In this document: piece after piece, positions 28,811-37,658 of the stretch
How the letters are laid out: each line of letters opens with the position of its first letter
Numbering within the stretch: the first letter of the stretch is position 1
Virus record (IMG/VR): IMGVR_UViG_3300027969_000039
Location: 124,001-188,000 of that record
Reading direction: 5' to 3' (one strand)
Length of the DNA stretch: 64,000 nucleotides
Translations under genes and position numbers: made by a program
Notes under the pieces: model-generated
Database searches by the model: none
What the model saw: the letters and a program-made list of their open reading frames with translations, nothing else
What the model was told of the DNA's origin: nothing

Positions 28811-30145
28811 TCACTTATCGTCTCGGAAGCGAAGGAATCTGGGAAAACGTAAACTGTAAGTTCCGTCTTTATTTTGTGTTATGGTATCACACAAGATTTC
28901 AGCAGTACGACCAATGACCATATCACTATTATCCCAATAGTCAGTTCTATCACTGTCAGTAAACCCGCTACCAACATTGACTGAAATATCGAACCCAAGG
29001 TCGACGCCGGCGCAAACAAGAGCTCCAAGTCGTCCTTTATTCTTACCAGTGCCTTCTTCAACATCAATAACCTCCAAGTCTACAGTAACGGTGGGTTTCC
29101 ATTTCATCCAAGCGGTAGTACGCTTGCATTCATAGAATGCGTCTAGGTCTTTAATCATAATACCTTCGAACCCATCTGCTACATTCTCTCTAGCATAGCG
29201 TTCAAGTTGATTGCGGCCTGCAGCAGTATCTAAATTGACTTTGATATGAGGCAAGTAATCAACATTGGGCATGAGTTCAATTACTTCTTTCATCTTATCT
29301 AATACTTTAAGTCTCTTAGTAAGAGGTTCTTCCCAACGACCTTTAAAGAATTCTTCTAATGGAATAATATCAAAGATATTAAATATGCTATCATCTGCTT
29401 TTACATCAGATTTTCTACGTGCTTGGCGCATTAGTTCTTGGAATGATGCTCCAATTACTTCTCCATCGAGTACAAAACCTTTCTTCAATAGCCTAGAATT
29501 TGTTTTCAACAATAAAGAATAATTAGTAGTAATCTGTTCTTCAATCAGTTTGAAATTTTCAAACTCTTTGCCATTGCGACTATAACATATAACTGCACAT
29601 CCACCTGTATCATTTGGTGTTACTGTCATCAATACACGTACACCATCTAATTTAGGTTCAAGCCGTTTGATACCTTGCATCTCGGGTCTATCTTCACTAG
29701 TGGTTGCTAGTTGACAACCAAATATTGGTATCTCAAATTCAGTACCTTTGCATATTTTGTTAATTGTTTTTTCACTTATACCTGCACGAAGGTCTCTACG
29801 AATGATAGGTGCAACAAATCCATTCCATTCTTCACTATCAAATTTCCATGCCATTTGATGTACTGCTGTAATTGCTGCATTACCTGACAATTCACGCAAA
29901 CTTAATTTGTACAACAAATCGCCAAATTCATCCCAAGGATTAGGGCAATGATTAACCCCTTTAGATTCTGGTACATCACGTACACCGAATGTTACATACG
30001 GATTATAACAGGCCTTTGCAAAGGTAAGGAAATTAATAGCACTTTCATTGCCTAGGACACTTGCGTCTAACGCTTCTTTGATGACCTCTTCCTTATGAAT
30101 TCGGCTATCACTTTCATTCAACTTAGATATCCAACTAACTGACAT
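28811..30145 (-). CDS. ATP-dependent DNA ligase
   Basis: EPKLDGVR (KxDG), SRNGK, LDGE, FDI, EGIMIK, WMKWK, VGSG, SLRFPRF. Confidence 0.95.
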   Translation of the reverse strand: MSVSWISKLNESDSRIHKEEVIKEALDASVLGNESAINFLTFAKACYNPYVTFGVRDVPESKGVNHCPNPWDEFGDLLYKLSLRELSGNAAITAVHQMAWKFDSEEWNGFVAPIIRRDLRAGISEKTINKICKGTEFEIPIFGCQLATTSEDRPEMQGIKRLEPKLDGVRVLMTVTPNDTGGCAVICYSRNGKEFENFKLIEEQITTNYSLLLKTNSRLLKKGFVLDGEVIGASFQELMRQARRKSDVKADDSIFNIFDIIPLEEFFKGRWEEPLTKRLKVLDKMKEVIELMPNVDYLPHIKVNLDTAAGRNQLERYARENVADGFEGIMIKDLDAFYECKRTTAWMKWKPTVTVDLEVIDVEEGTGKNKGRLGALVCAGVDLGFDISVNVGSGFTDSDRTDYWDNSDMVIGRTAEILCDTITQNKDGTYSLRFPRFLRFRDDK

Positions 30146-30191
30146 GGTTTCTCCTATATATACTCACATTATATTTATTCAGAAATTGTTT

Positions 30192-30401
30192 CTACGATTT
30201 TTTGTTAGTGACTGTTTCGGCTTTAATGCGACATTCATCTACTACTTCCTCAGGAATATCCTCATATTCATCTAGTTCAGAACATTTATATTCAATTATC
30301 ACACTGTCTGGATCCTCAGGCGCCATGCATTCTGGATCAACTTTGATCCAGCACATTATTACTGCTACTCCTAGCACACCTATGATAACATTTTTAATCA
30401 T
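30192..30401 (-). CDS. Small membrane-anchored protein
   Basis: N-terminal TM, Cys residues. Confidence 0.6.
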   Translation of the reverse strand: MIKNVIIGVLGVAVIMCWIKVDPECMAPEDPDSVIIEYKCSELDEYEDIPEEVVDECRIKAETVTNKKS

Positions 30402-30747
30402 TTGGCACCAAACTTAGTTTTTCTTCTTTTAAGATTCTGACCATTTGAATATTGCGTTCATCTTGTTCTTTGCGTTCACGCTTTTTGTCAAGGTTCCTAT
30501 CAGTGTTCATGCGGTCGTATTCTCGTGCCCACAATACACCTTGCATCCACTGACCAGCCCCTTCAAGTGAACCAGCAAACAATACTGCATCACGGGTATA
30601 GATGGGCAATGCGTCATTGTCTTTTGGGATTAATGCCACATTGTCACCGTAACGGGCATCATGCTTATAGGGAGCCAACTTCATGCCCAGCAAGTCCGCC
30701 CGTTGTTCAATTGAACGAATTTGTGTGATTATGTTCCATCCACTCAT
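30394..30747 (-). CDS. Hypothetical protein
   Basis: Operon context. Confidence 0.65.
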   Translation of the reverse strand: MSGWNIITQIRSIEQRADLLGMKLAPYKHDARYGDNVALIPKDNDALPIYTRDAVLFAGSLEGAGQWMQGVLWAREYDRMNTDRNLDKKRERKEQDERNIQMVRILKEEKLSLVPND

Positions 30748-30748
30748 A

Positions 30749-31108
30749 TTATGCCTTTAATTCTTCCCAGATTAATAGTTTTTCCATCATGTCAACAAAC
30801 TTGGTTCTGCGGTTGTCAACATCATGCAACCAACATTCTACTAGTTTTTCATGTCCCCAACTATTTTTAGGAACTATTGGTTCAAGAGTCAACCATTGTA
30901 CAATCTCATAGATAACATGCTTGTTAGCATAGTCTGCACTTCTAACTGCACCGTATAGTTCGTTAGTAAGAATGCTCGTAAGGAACCCGCCCGGTTCCCA
31001 ACCTCTGAGGAAATAATTATCCAATGCTTCCACAGTATGTTGAGGAATAGACAATTCGCCTAATAGGCGCTTAGTTTCTTCCCCGGGAAACAATGTTAGT
31101 TTAGCCAT
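30749..31108 (-). CDS. Conserved phage hypothetical protein
   Basis: G..PGGFL.S.L.N.L..AV..AD..N motif; likely start MAKLTLF. Confidence 0.7.
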   Translation of the reverse strand: MAKLTLFPGEETKRLLGELSIPQHTVEALDNYFLRGWEPGGFLTSILTNELYGAVRSADYANKHVIYEIVQWLTLEPIVPKNSWGHEKLVECWLHDVDNRRTKFVDMMEKLLIWEELKA

Positions 31109-31121
31109 GCTTACCAAAACA

Positions 31122-31253
31122 TTACTGATTAGCCTGCTCGTGTGCAACAGCTTTTATTTGATTCACACCACTATCTAGCATTCTAGCTATAGGTGCTACA
31201 CCTGTAGTAGATACTACGATACCAACTACCGCGCCTAAAAGAAAATTCATCAT
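31122..31253 (-). CDS. 43-aa membrane peptide (MMNFLLGAVVGIVV...), not in ORF track
   Basis: Manual translation; GGAG RBS. Confidence 0.65.
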   Translation of the reverse strand: MMNFLLGAVVGIVVSTTGVAPIARMLDSGVNQIKAVAHEQANQ

Positions 31254-31254
31254 G

Positions 31255-31377
31255 TTATTTGCTCCGAATCCATTCGCCTGCTTTAGTCAAGTCTGACCCA
31301 GCACCACTGACTGCACCACCAACAGTACCACATGCGGTAAGCATACTTAACAAGAATGCAATAACAATAACTTTCAT
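31255..31377 (-). CDS. 40-aa entericidin EcnA/B-like lipoprotein, not in ORF track
   Basis: MKVIVIAFLLSMLTAC-GTVGGAVSGAGSDLTKAGEWIRSK; LTAC lipobox; GGAG RBS. Confidence 0.7.
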   Translation of the reverse strand: MKVIVIAFLLSMLTACGTVGGAVSGAGSDLTKAGEWIRSK

Positions 31378-31407
31378 ATTAACTCCAAAATGATTTGAAT
31401 GCGAACA

Positions 31408-32052
31408 TTATACTACAGAAAGGACTTTTACCCTATTTAATTGGGTAACATTGTCACGGTGAACTTTGACAGTACCATAAAGGTCATACATCTTGCCCAC
31501 TTCTAATGGTTGTTTGAATGCAAAGAATAGAACCTGATCATCACTAGTGATACCAGTGATGTAGTTTGTGTTCCAATTTTGCGAATAGAAAGATTTGAGT
31601 ACCTCAATCGTAGGGGATACTTTGTTACCCACAACGCTAATGTACCCGCCCTTAGCGAAACTGATACGCTGATCCACAGTCTGGCGTTTCATGCCGCGCT
31701 CGTAGCCTGAGGGCAAACTAGTGATTACTGCAAGGTCGTAATTGGTATCAATGATTTCACGATTGGCAAGTAGCATTGCAGTGTTGTCAAATTCAGACAA
31801 CTTAATACCTTTAAGAATTTTGAATGTAAATCCTTGATAGAATTTGCGAACCAATTTACCTTGTTCACGATCCTCGTCGGTGATTTGAGTAGTGTCGGCA
31901 AGAAATTTTGTTACCAAATTGCGGTTTGTTTGCCCTGCAGGAGCATCTTCACTAACCTTGATGTAGCCTTGATTCAATCGTTGTGCCTGGCAAGCAGCGG
32001 CCCAAACATCATCGGCAGCAAGATTGAGGGGTACAGGTTTTTTATAAGCCAT
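31408..32052 (-). CDS. Hypothetical protein with probable C-terminal OB fold
   Basis: GTVKVH...TQLNRVK pattern. Confidence 0.65.
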   Translation of the reverse strand: MAYKKPVPLNLAADDVWAAACQAQRLNQGYIKVSEDAPAGQTNRNLVTKFLADTTQITDEDREQGKLVRKFYQGFTFKILKGIKLSEFDNTAMLLANREIIDTNYDLAVITSLPSGYERGMKRQTVDQRISFAKGGYISVVGNKVSPTIEVLKSFYSQNWNTNYITGITSDDQVLFFAFKQPLEVGKMYDLYGTVKVHRDNVTQLNRVKVLSVV

Positions 32053-32071
32053 TTTTATTCCTTAAACAGTT

Positions 32072-32407
32072 TTATACTTTACGAAACAGACGATAAGTAA
32101 CACCCTGTGCAGTCTTGCACTTTTCAAAATCTTCGTTTGCATAGCAAGTTTCTAGCATTGTTAGGCCCTTGCGATCACGCACGGTGGGCTTCTCTACTTT
32201 GACGCTGATAAATGTTTTGCGAAATTCAATATAAACTCTATCAGCACTATAGACCATTTCTAGGCCCAATTTGACTTGTTCAGCACGAATTTTTTGGATT
32301 TCAGTAAACAAAGAACTGTTCACTATACTACGCATTCTTGCATCACGTTCAGCAAACCACGCAAAATTGCCAGCAGATTTGTGTTTAGTTTCTTTTTCAA
32401 TCATCAT
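32072..32407 (-). CDS. Early hypothetical protein
   Basis: Own promoter cassette, GGAG RBS. Confidence 0.7.
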   Translation of the reverse strand: MMIEKETKHKSAGNFAWFAERDARMRSIVNSSLFTEIQKIRAEQVKLGLEMVYSADRVYIEFRKTFISVKVEKPTVRDRKGLTMLETCYANEDFEKCKTAQGVTYRLFRKV

Positions 32408-32439
32408 ATAAACTCCGTTTGTTGACTGTCTAAGATTGT

Positions 32440-32468
32440 ATTATATACCCAAAACCATTTAATGTCAA
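32440..32468 (-). promoter_or_regulatory. Early promoter TTGACA-17-TATAAT (repeat copy)
   Basis: Perfect consensus; spacer identical to the copy at 17146-17174. Confidence 0.9.
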
Positions 32469-32716
32469 CCGGGAAGATTCTCTCCAGTATCAGTGTCGAT
32501 CTGTCCAGTGACAAAGGCAAAGCCTGTAGGAGTATCTGGGTAGTTGTAGAAGTGCTCACGGTTGTAAACTGCCGCATATCCATATGCCTCATCTTGGGCT
32601 GCTCCTAGATATACTTCACCTTCAACCGCGAACTCTCGCTCGCTTAGGACCTTGTAGAAATCGGGTCGGGCAGTCTCGGGATTGACCCGGTATACTTGAA
32701 CATTCCAAACGATCAT
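32465..32716 (-). CDS. Early hypothetical protein
   Basis: Own promoter cassette, GGAG RBS. Confidence 0.65.
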   Translation of the reverse strand: MIVWNVQVYRVNPETARPDFYKVLSEREFAVEGEVYLGAAQDEAYGYAAVYNREHFYNYPDTPTGFAFVTGQIDTDTGENLPG

Positions 32717-32749
32717 AATTAACTCCAATAATTGACTGTCTAAGATTGT

Positions 32750-32778
32750 ATTATATACCCAAAACCATTTATTGTCAA
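32750..32778 (-). promoter_or_regulatory. Early promoter TTGACA-17-TATAAT (repeat copy)
   Basis: Perfect consensus. Confidence 0.9.
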
Positions 32779-32782
32779 CCGT

Positions 32783-33037
32783 TTATTTCATTAGTAGGCC
32801 CATCAGAATTAGCTTTTCCAAGTGGTCTATCGCTTTATTAATGTTGTCAACTTGAGTTTGGGTATAATCTGTACTGCGAATTCTACGACCATTTACTTCA
32901 AGTTTGCTTAGTTCGGTCACCATAACTTGAATATTATCATACATCTTTTTCAAGTCTGGATTGTAACCCATGCGGTGTAGATCAGTCTTTAGTCTATCTG
33001 ATACTTCTTGCCAATCTAGTGCTGTTTGGATTTTCAT
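32783..33037 (-). CDS. Hypothetical protein (likely start MKIQTALDW)
   Basis: ATG 6 nt downstream of a perfect -10 box. Confidence 0.65.
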   Translation of the reverse strand: MKIQTALDWQEVSDRLKTDLHRMGYNPDLKKMYDNIQVMVTELSKLEVNGRRIRSTDYTQTQVDNINKAIDHLEKLILMGLLMK

Positions 33038-33043
33038 ATTGTT

Positions 33044-33072
33044 ATTATAATACCTTTTGGTATTTATGTCAA
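33044..33072 (-). promoter_or_regulatory. Promoter TTGACA-17-TATAAT
   Basis: Perfect hexamers; spacer differs from the repeated cassette. Confidence 0.8.
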
Positions 33073-33099
33073 GGATGTTGTACAAACATAAATAAGATT

Positions 33100-33744
33100 G
33101 TGAAACCCACAATCGCATTATTCTTGTACGACCCGAAATGCTCCGTCCAATCAGGAAACGGGATGATGAAGGCTTTAAGTGAGTATTATAACTTCAAAAT
33201 CTTTAGTAAAAATAAGTTAGAATACGATTTCTTTGACGGGGTAGATATGATTGCTGTTCCGGGAGGGATCGGGGATAGTGATACATTCAAACAACTTTTC
33301 AAAAACAACGGAAAACGAGTAAAAGATTTCATCCATGGTGGCGGTAGATACTTAGGTATCTGTATGGGTGCATATTGGGCAGGTAGTCATTACTTGAATG
33401 TACTAGATGATGTTGATGCGGTACAGTATATCAAACAACCTGGTACTGATACACGTAGACCACATGCTAAAAACTTAGCAATAACATGGAAAGACGAACC
33501 CATGAACATGTTCTTCTATGATGGGTGTTCGCTAGTTGGCAATAGACACAAATTCAGAACGGTCGCTACATACGCAAATGGTGATGCGATGGCTATCTAT
33601 CAAAAACGCATAGGACTGATTGGTTGTCATCCTGAAAGTGAACAGTTTTGGTATGATAGCTACAGCTACATGAAGGGCAAGTGGCACGGCGGCGAGCAGC
33701 ACGAATTGTTGTTAGATTTCACTAACGATTTAATGAATAGGTAA
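33100..33744 (+). CDS. Class I glutamine amidotransferase-like (BPL_N-type) protein
   Basis: VPGG, GGRYLGICMGAY nucleophile elbow, HPE; GTG start after ATAAATA. Confidence 0.8.
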   Translation: MKPTIALFLYDPKCSVQSGNGMMKALSEYYNFKIFSKNKLEYDFFDGVDMIAVPGGIGDSDTFKQLFKNNGKRVKDFIHGGGRYLGICMGAYWAGSHYLNVLDDVDAVQYIKQPGTDTRRPHAKNLAITWKDEPMNMFFYDGCSLVGNRHKFRTVATYANGDAMAIYQKRIGLIGCHPESEQFWYDSYSYMKGKWHGGEQHELLLDFTNDLMNR

Positions 33745-33748
33745 TACC

Positions 33749-34045
33749 CTATTCTAGATCCTTGTCTCTGATCTTAAATCCTTCACCATTGTTCAATACA
33801 CACGCCATAGTCTTGTCATATTGAACTACAGTCCAAGTGAGGGTCTCAGTATTGATCATCACAACGGTTTGAGTATCAGAGTATTTGCTATCTCCAACCC
33901 AGATTATTTTCTCTTTGGCCATCTTGGTTAGTGCCTCAAGAACAAATTTAGTTTTTCCGCAAGTTAATTTTCTGTCATACTCTGCTAGTTGGGCAAATGA
34001 AATAGTGGTTGTTAGGCATAACAATGCCAATATTAGGTGACGCAT
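33749..34045 (-). CDS. Secreted hypothetical protein (paralog of 8717-9043)
   Basis: Signal peptide; shared C...KE...TWT...C pattern. Confidence 0.65.
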   Translation of the reverse strand: MRHLILALLCLTTTISFAQLAEYDRKLTCGKTKFVLEALTKMAKEKIIWVGDSKYSDTQTVVMINTETLTWTVVQYDKTMACVLNNGEGFKIRDKDLE

Positions 34046-34124
34046 GGATTCCCCCTTTGTTGTCTGTATTTATTGTCATAATAGTGAAATAAAAATTTCA
34101 CTAAATAGTAAAATGGGGTAAACT

Positions 34125-34736
34125 ATGAAAGAAATACTAGAGACATTAAGAGTGCAACGCTGGGACGATCATCGCTATTATCATCACAGCAGGATAAATC
34201 AATTTTTGCATTTAATTAGTGCATTATCATTCATAGTAGCATATGCTTATCTATTCATTGATCCCGTAATTAGTGCTTACATCGCGTGGTTTATCTCAAT
34301 GACTACAAGACAAGCAGGACATTTCTTCTTTGAACCCAAAGATTACGACACATACAATCAGGCCACACAAGATCATAAAGAGGCTATCAAGATTGGATAC
34401 AATCTCAAACGCAAACGAGTATTGATCGCTTGCTGGTTGGCTGTGCCGTTGCTGGCATACTTTGATGCGGCATTGTTTAACTTTGTGATGCCAGACGCTG
34501 CACCAGACACACTAATAGATAGGATTGGTTGGGGTTGGTTATGGTTAGGATTAGCAGCAGTTGTGTTTAGAATGATACAACTTACTGCTATTCAAAGCCG
34601 CAAAGTAGCACTAGTATGGTGCTTAAAGATAATGACAGATCCATTCCATGATGCTGTCATCTATCGCAAGAGTCCATTATATCTGATGCGTGGGCAGTTG
34701 ATTGATCCTGACTTGCGTCAAGATTATGAAGATTAA
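34125..34736 (+). CDS. His-motif integral membrane protein (DUF962/Mpo1-like)
   Basis: YHHSRINQFLH and QAGHFFFE motifs, several TMs. Confidence 0.55.
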   Translation: MKEILETLRVQRWDDHRYYHHSRINQFLHLISALSFIVAYAYLFIDPVISAYIAWFISMTTRQAGHFFFEPKDYDTYNQATQDHKEAIKIGYNLKRKRVLIACWLAVPLLAYFDAALFNFVMPDAAPDTLIDRIGWGWLWLGLAAVVFRMIQLTAIQSRKVALVWCLKIMTDPFHDAVIYRKSPLYLMRGQLIDPDLRQDYED

Positions 34737-35731
34737 AGCGGAGTAAGATTGTCGCGGAATATCTTCCAGGCTCTCTCCCAACTCCAACGCTGGCTACCTT
34801 CTAATACTCTATCTCTATCTAATTGTAGGCAACCAGTTATAGCATCAGCTAGGTTCTCATTCACAAATCCAGTGACACCTTGCTCAACAACATCTAATGG
34901 TCCTAGCACAGGGTATGCTGCTACAGGAGTGCCGCAGGCCATGGCTTCAATCATCACAATGCCAAATGTTTCCCACCGTGAAGGAAACACAAACACATCA
35001 GCATCAGCATAGCATTGTGCTAGAGCGAAGCCGGTCTTGAATCCTTTGAACTCCACATCAGGATATAGTTTTTCCAGTCTAGCACGATCCGGCCCGTCAC
35101 CTACTAATACTTTGCGAGCACCAGGATAATCCAAACTGCAAAACGCATCCAGATTCTTTTCTATGCTGAGTCTGCACACACACAACAGCACAGGACCGGT
35201 GCCTCTGCTGCCGCGATAACCGGGATTAAATATGCTTCGGTCAACGCCGCGGGTCCATGAGTTGATCTCGCCCCAGAAGCCATGTTCTTTCAGTTCCTTC
35301 ACCATACTATCTGTAGTAGTCAATACACGACCACTATGTTTGTGAAACCATCTCACATATTTCCAAGTTATAGATTGTGGTATCCTTAGATACTTATGTA
35401 AGGCTTCAGGATACTTTGTATGATAAGCAGTATTATACCTACGATAGTGCCGGTCAAGATAAAATCTAGCGTAGAGACCAAGAGGACCCTCTGTGGCGAT
35501 GTGTATATAATCCGGAGCCACCGCCCTAATCTTCTCCCCAATCTTCCAGGGAATCGAAATTTTAACTTCACTGTAGCCTGGGCAATCAAAAAATAGGAAC
35601 TCCATGGGAGTAAGGAAAACAACACGATAGTCGTCCAGAACCGCACACGCCTCAATATTCTTATATGTAGTGACAACGCCATTTATTTGCTCTGGTAAGT
35701 TATCCGTTATTATCAGTATCGTCTTGATCAT
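34733..35731 (-). CDS. GT4 glycosyltransferase, Agt-like glycolipid synthase
   Basis: TD...Q.NGVV.T, IHIATEGPLG, YHT.YPE, RGVD, ETFGIV..EAMACGTPV. Confidence 0.85.
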   Translation of the reverse strand: MIKTILIITDNLPEQINGVVTTYKNIEACAVLDDYRVVFLTPMEFLFFDCPGYSEVKISIPWKIGEKIRAVAPDYIHIATEGPLGLYARFYLDRHYRRYNTAYHTKYPEALHKYLRIPQSITWKYVRWFHKHSGRVLTTTDSMVKELKEHGFWGEINSWTRGVDRSIFNPGYRGSRGTGPVLLCVCRLSIEKNLDAFCSLDYPGARKVLVGDGPDRARLEKLYPDVEFKGFKTGFALAQCYADADVFVFPSRWETFGIVMIEAMACGTPVAAYPVLGPLDVVEQGVTGFVNENLADAITGCLQLDRDRVLEGSQRWSWERAWKIFRDNLTPL

Positions 35732-36473
35732 TTTCTCTAGTCCATGTAACTATTTCCCACTTACCATCATGATGCTCTACCAATGCTGTGCATGACTCTA
35801 CCCAGTCACCGTCGTTCATGTAAGTGATTCCATCTATATCTTTGATTTCAGCATGGTGAATATGTCCACATATAACCCCATCAAAGCCTCGCTTCTTACA
35901 GTACTTAGCGAGGTTGTGTTCAAAGTGAAAAATAAAATCAACAGCTTTTTTCACACGCTGTTTCAAATACTGACTAAGACTCCAATAACCAAATCCCATC
36001 TTATGTCTTATCCAATTGAATCTGCTATTCCATGCTAGGATAGTATCGTATGCATAATCTCCTAAGAAACTTATCCAAGGTGCTAGTCTAGTTATACCAT
36101 CAAACAAATCTCCATGCACTACAAGATAATGCTTGCCATCTGCACCTATATGTTCTATCTGATTGTGTATCTCAACGAGTCCAAAACTGAATCCATATGG
36201 AATCATCGGGCGTAGAAATTCATCGTGATTACCAGCAACATATATAACTCTTGTTCCACGTTTAGCGTGACCAAGAACACGACGGACTACATTAGTGTGA
36301 CTCTGCTTCCAACGCCATTTATTTTGTTGGATACGCCATGCATCAATTATATCCCCTACTAGATATAGTGTATCGCATGAGTTATGCTTTAGAAAGTTGT
36401 TGAGTTTGTCAGCTTGACAATCTTTGGTTCCTAAATGCACATCAGAGATAAAAATTGATCTATATGTTTTCAT
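35700..36473 (-). CDS. PlcP-like metallophosphoesterase (phospholipase C; commonly labelled UDP-2,3-diacylglucosamine diphosphatase)
   Basis: SDVHLG, GDIID, GNHD, HGD, GYWSLS, CGHIH, GDWVESCTA; directly upstream of GT4. Confidence 0.8.
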   Translation of the reverse strand: MKTYRSIFISDVHLGTKDCQADKLNNFLKHNSCDTLYLVGDIIDAWRIQQNKWRWKQSHTNVVRRVLGHAKRGTRVIYVAGNHDEFLRPMIPYGFSFGLVEIHNQIEHIGADGKHYLVVHGDLFDGITRLAPWISFLGDYAYDTILAWNSRFNWIRHKMGFGYWSLSQYLKQRVKKAVDFIFHFEHNLAKYCKKRGFDGVICGHIHHAEIKDIDGITYMNDGDWVESCTALVEHHDGKWEIVTWTRENDQDDTDNNG

Positions 36474-36487
36474 TATTATTATTCTAA

Positions 36488-36510
36488 TAAAAAAGAGCCT
36501 TTCGGCTCTT
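36488..36510 (-). terminator. Intrinsic terminator after pstS
   Basis: aagagcc-GAAA-ggctctt followed by a U-run. Confidence 0.8.
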
Positions 36511-36555
36511 AGTGCTGGTTACGAGTTCCAGCCTCCTCTCTATCTTGAGGTCGGT

Positions 36556-37551
36556 TTAAAATAATCCTAGTTGTTTCCAATCAGAACGAATCTTAGCTTT
36601 GACTGCTGCCGGTAATGCAACATAGTCTAACTCATCTGCGGCTTTGTCGCCATTATTGAAAGCCCAATCAAAGAATGTTAGAGCAGTTTTAGATGCAGCA
36701 ACATCACCTGGCTTTACATAAACAAGAATGAATGTAGCACCACTGATAGGCCATGCTTCTTTGCCTGCTTGATTAGTCAATATCTGATAGTAACTCTTGT
36801 TCCAGTCAGCGTTAGCAGCGGCTGCTTTGAATGCATCTTCTGTAGGTGCTACCCAATTGCCTGCTGCATTCTGCACATTGACCCAGTTCATCTTGGCTTG
36901 TTTTACATAAGCATATTCAACATAGCCCAATGCCCCCGGAAGTTGGCGAACCATAGCAGAAACGCCTTCGTTACCCTTACCACCTGCTCCTGTTTTCCAA
37001 CTAACAGCAGTGCCTTCACCGATTGTATCTTTGAACTCTTTGCTGACTTTGCTCAAGTAGTTGGTCCAGATGAATGTTGTGCCACTTCCATCTGCACGGC
37101 GAACCACTGTGATAGCTTGATCGGGCAATGCTAGTGACGGGTTCAATGATTTGATAGCAGCATCATCCCAACGGGTGATCTTGCCCAAGAAGATATCAGC
37201 CATGACTGCACCTGTCAAGCGTAGTTGTCCGGGCTCAATTCCTTTGAGGTTGATTACCGGAACAACTCCACCAATTGCTGTAGGAAACTGAAACAAGCCT
37301 GATGCTTGAAGTTTGTCATCGGTGAGTGGCATGTCACTTGCACCGAACGTGACGGTCTTTGCTTCAATCTGCTTGATGCCTGCGCCTGAACCAACTGATT
37401 GATAGTTGATCTTGATGTTGGTAGACTTGTTATATTCACTCGCCCACTTTGCATATAACGGAGCCGGGAATGTTGCCCCGGCTCCTGTAATCTCTTGTGC
37501 TGATGCAGCGAATGCTATCACTGCCAATAATGTTGTAAACAGTTTTTTCAT
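36556..37551 (-). CDS. pstS: Phosphate ABC transporter substrate-binding protein
   Basis: GAGATFPAPLY, YQSVGSGAG, FGASD, RRADGSGTT, GKGNEGV, GYVEY, WPI; signal peptide. Confidence 0.97.
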   Translation of the reverse strand: MKKLFTTLLAVIAFAASAQEITGAGATFPAPLYAKWASEYNKSTNIKINYQSVGSGAGIKQIEAKTVTFGASDMPLTDDKLQASGLFQFPTAIGGVVPVINLKGIEPGQLRLTGAVMADIFLGKITRWDDAAIKSLNPSLALPDQAITVVRRADGSGTTFIWTNYLSKVSKEFKDTIGEGTAVSWKTGAGGKGNEGVSAMVRQLPGALGYVEYAYVKQAKMNWVNVQNAAGNWVAPTEDAFKAAAANADWNKSYYQILTNQAGKEAWPISGATFILVYVKPGDVAASKTALTFFDWAFNNGDKAADELDYVALPAAVKAKIRSDWKQLGLF

Positions 37552-37582
37552 GTAATCTCCTTGTGTGTTACACAAATATTTA

Positions 37583-37611
37583 GTGACATAATTGTGACAG
37601 TAATATTACAT
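37583..37611 (-). promoter_or_regulatory. Pho box (three 11-bp-phased half sites) abutting a TAAATA motif
   Basis: ATGTAAT-atta-CTGTCAC-aatt-ATGTCAC-TAAATA upstream of pstS. Confidence 0.8.
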
Positions 37612-37616
37612 CCATA

Positions 37617-37640
37617 AGAAAAGGGCAACTAGTGCCCTTT
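37617..37640 (-). terminator. Intrinsic terminator after porin
   Basis: aaagggca/tgcccttt stem with U-rich tail. Confidence 0.7.
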
Positions 37641-37658
37641 GTTCTAATTTGAGTTAGA

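Noticed and set aside
35700-36473. LpxH (lipid A biosynthesis)
   Set aside because: Has GNHD rather than the GNRD of canonical LpxH; the GT4 and pstS context fits PlcP
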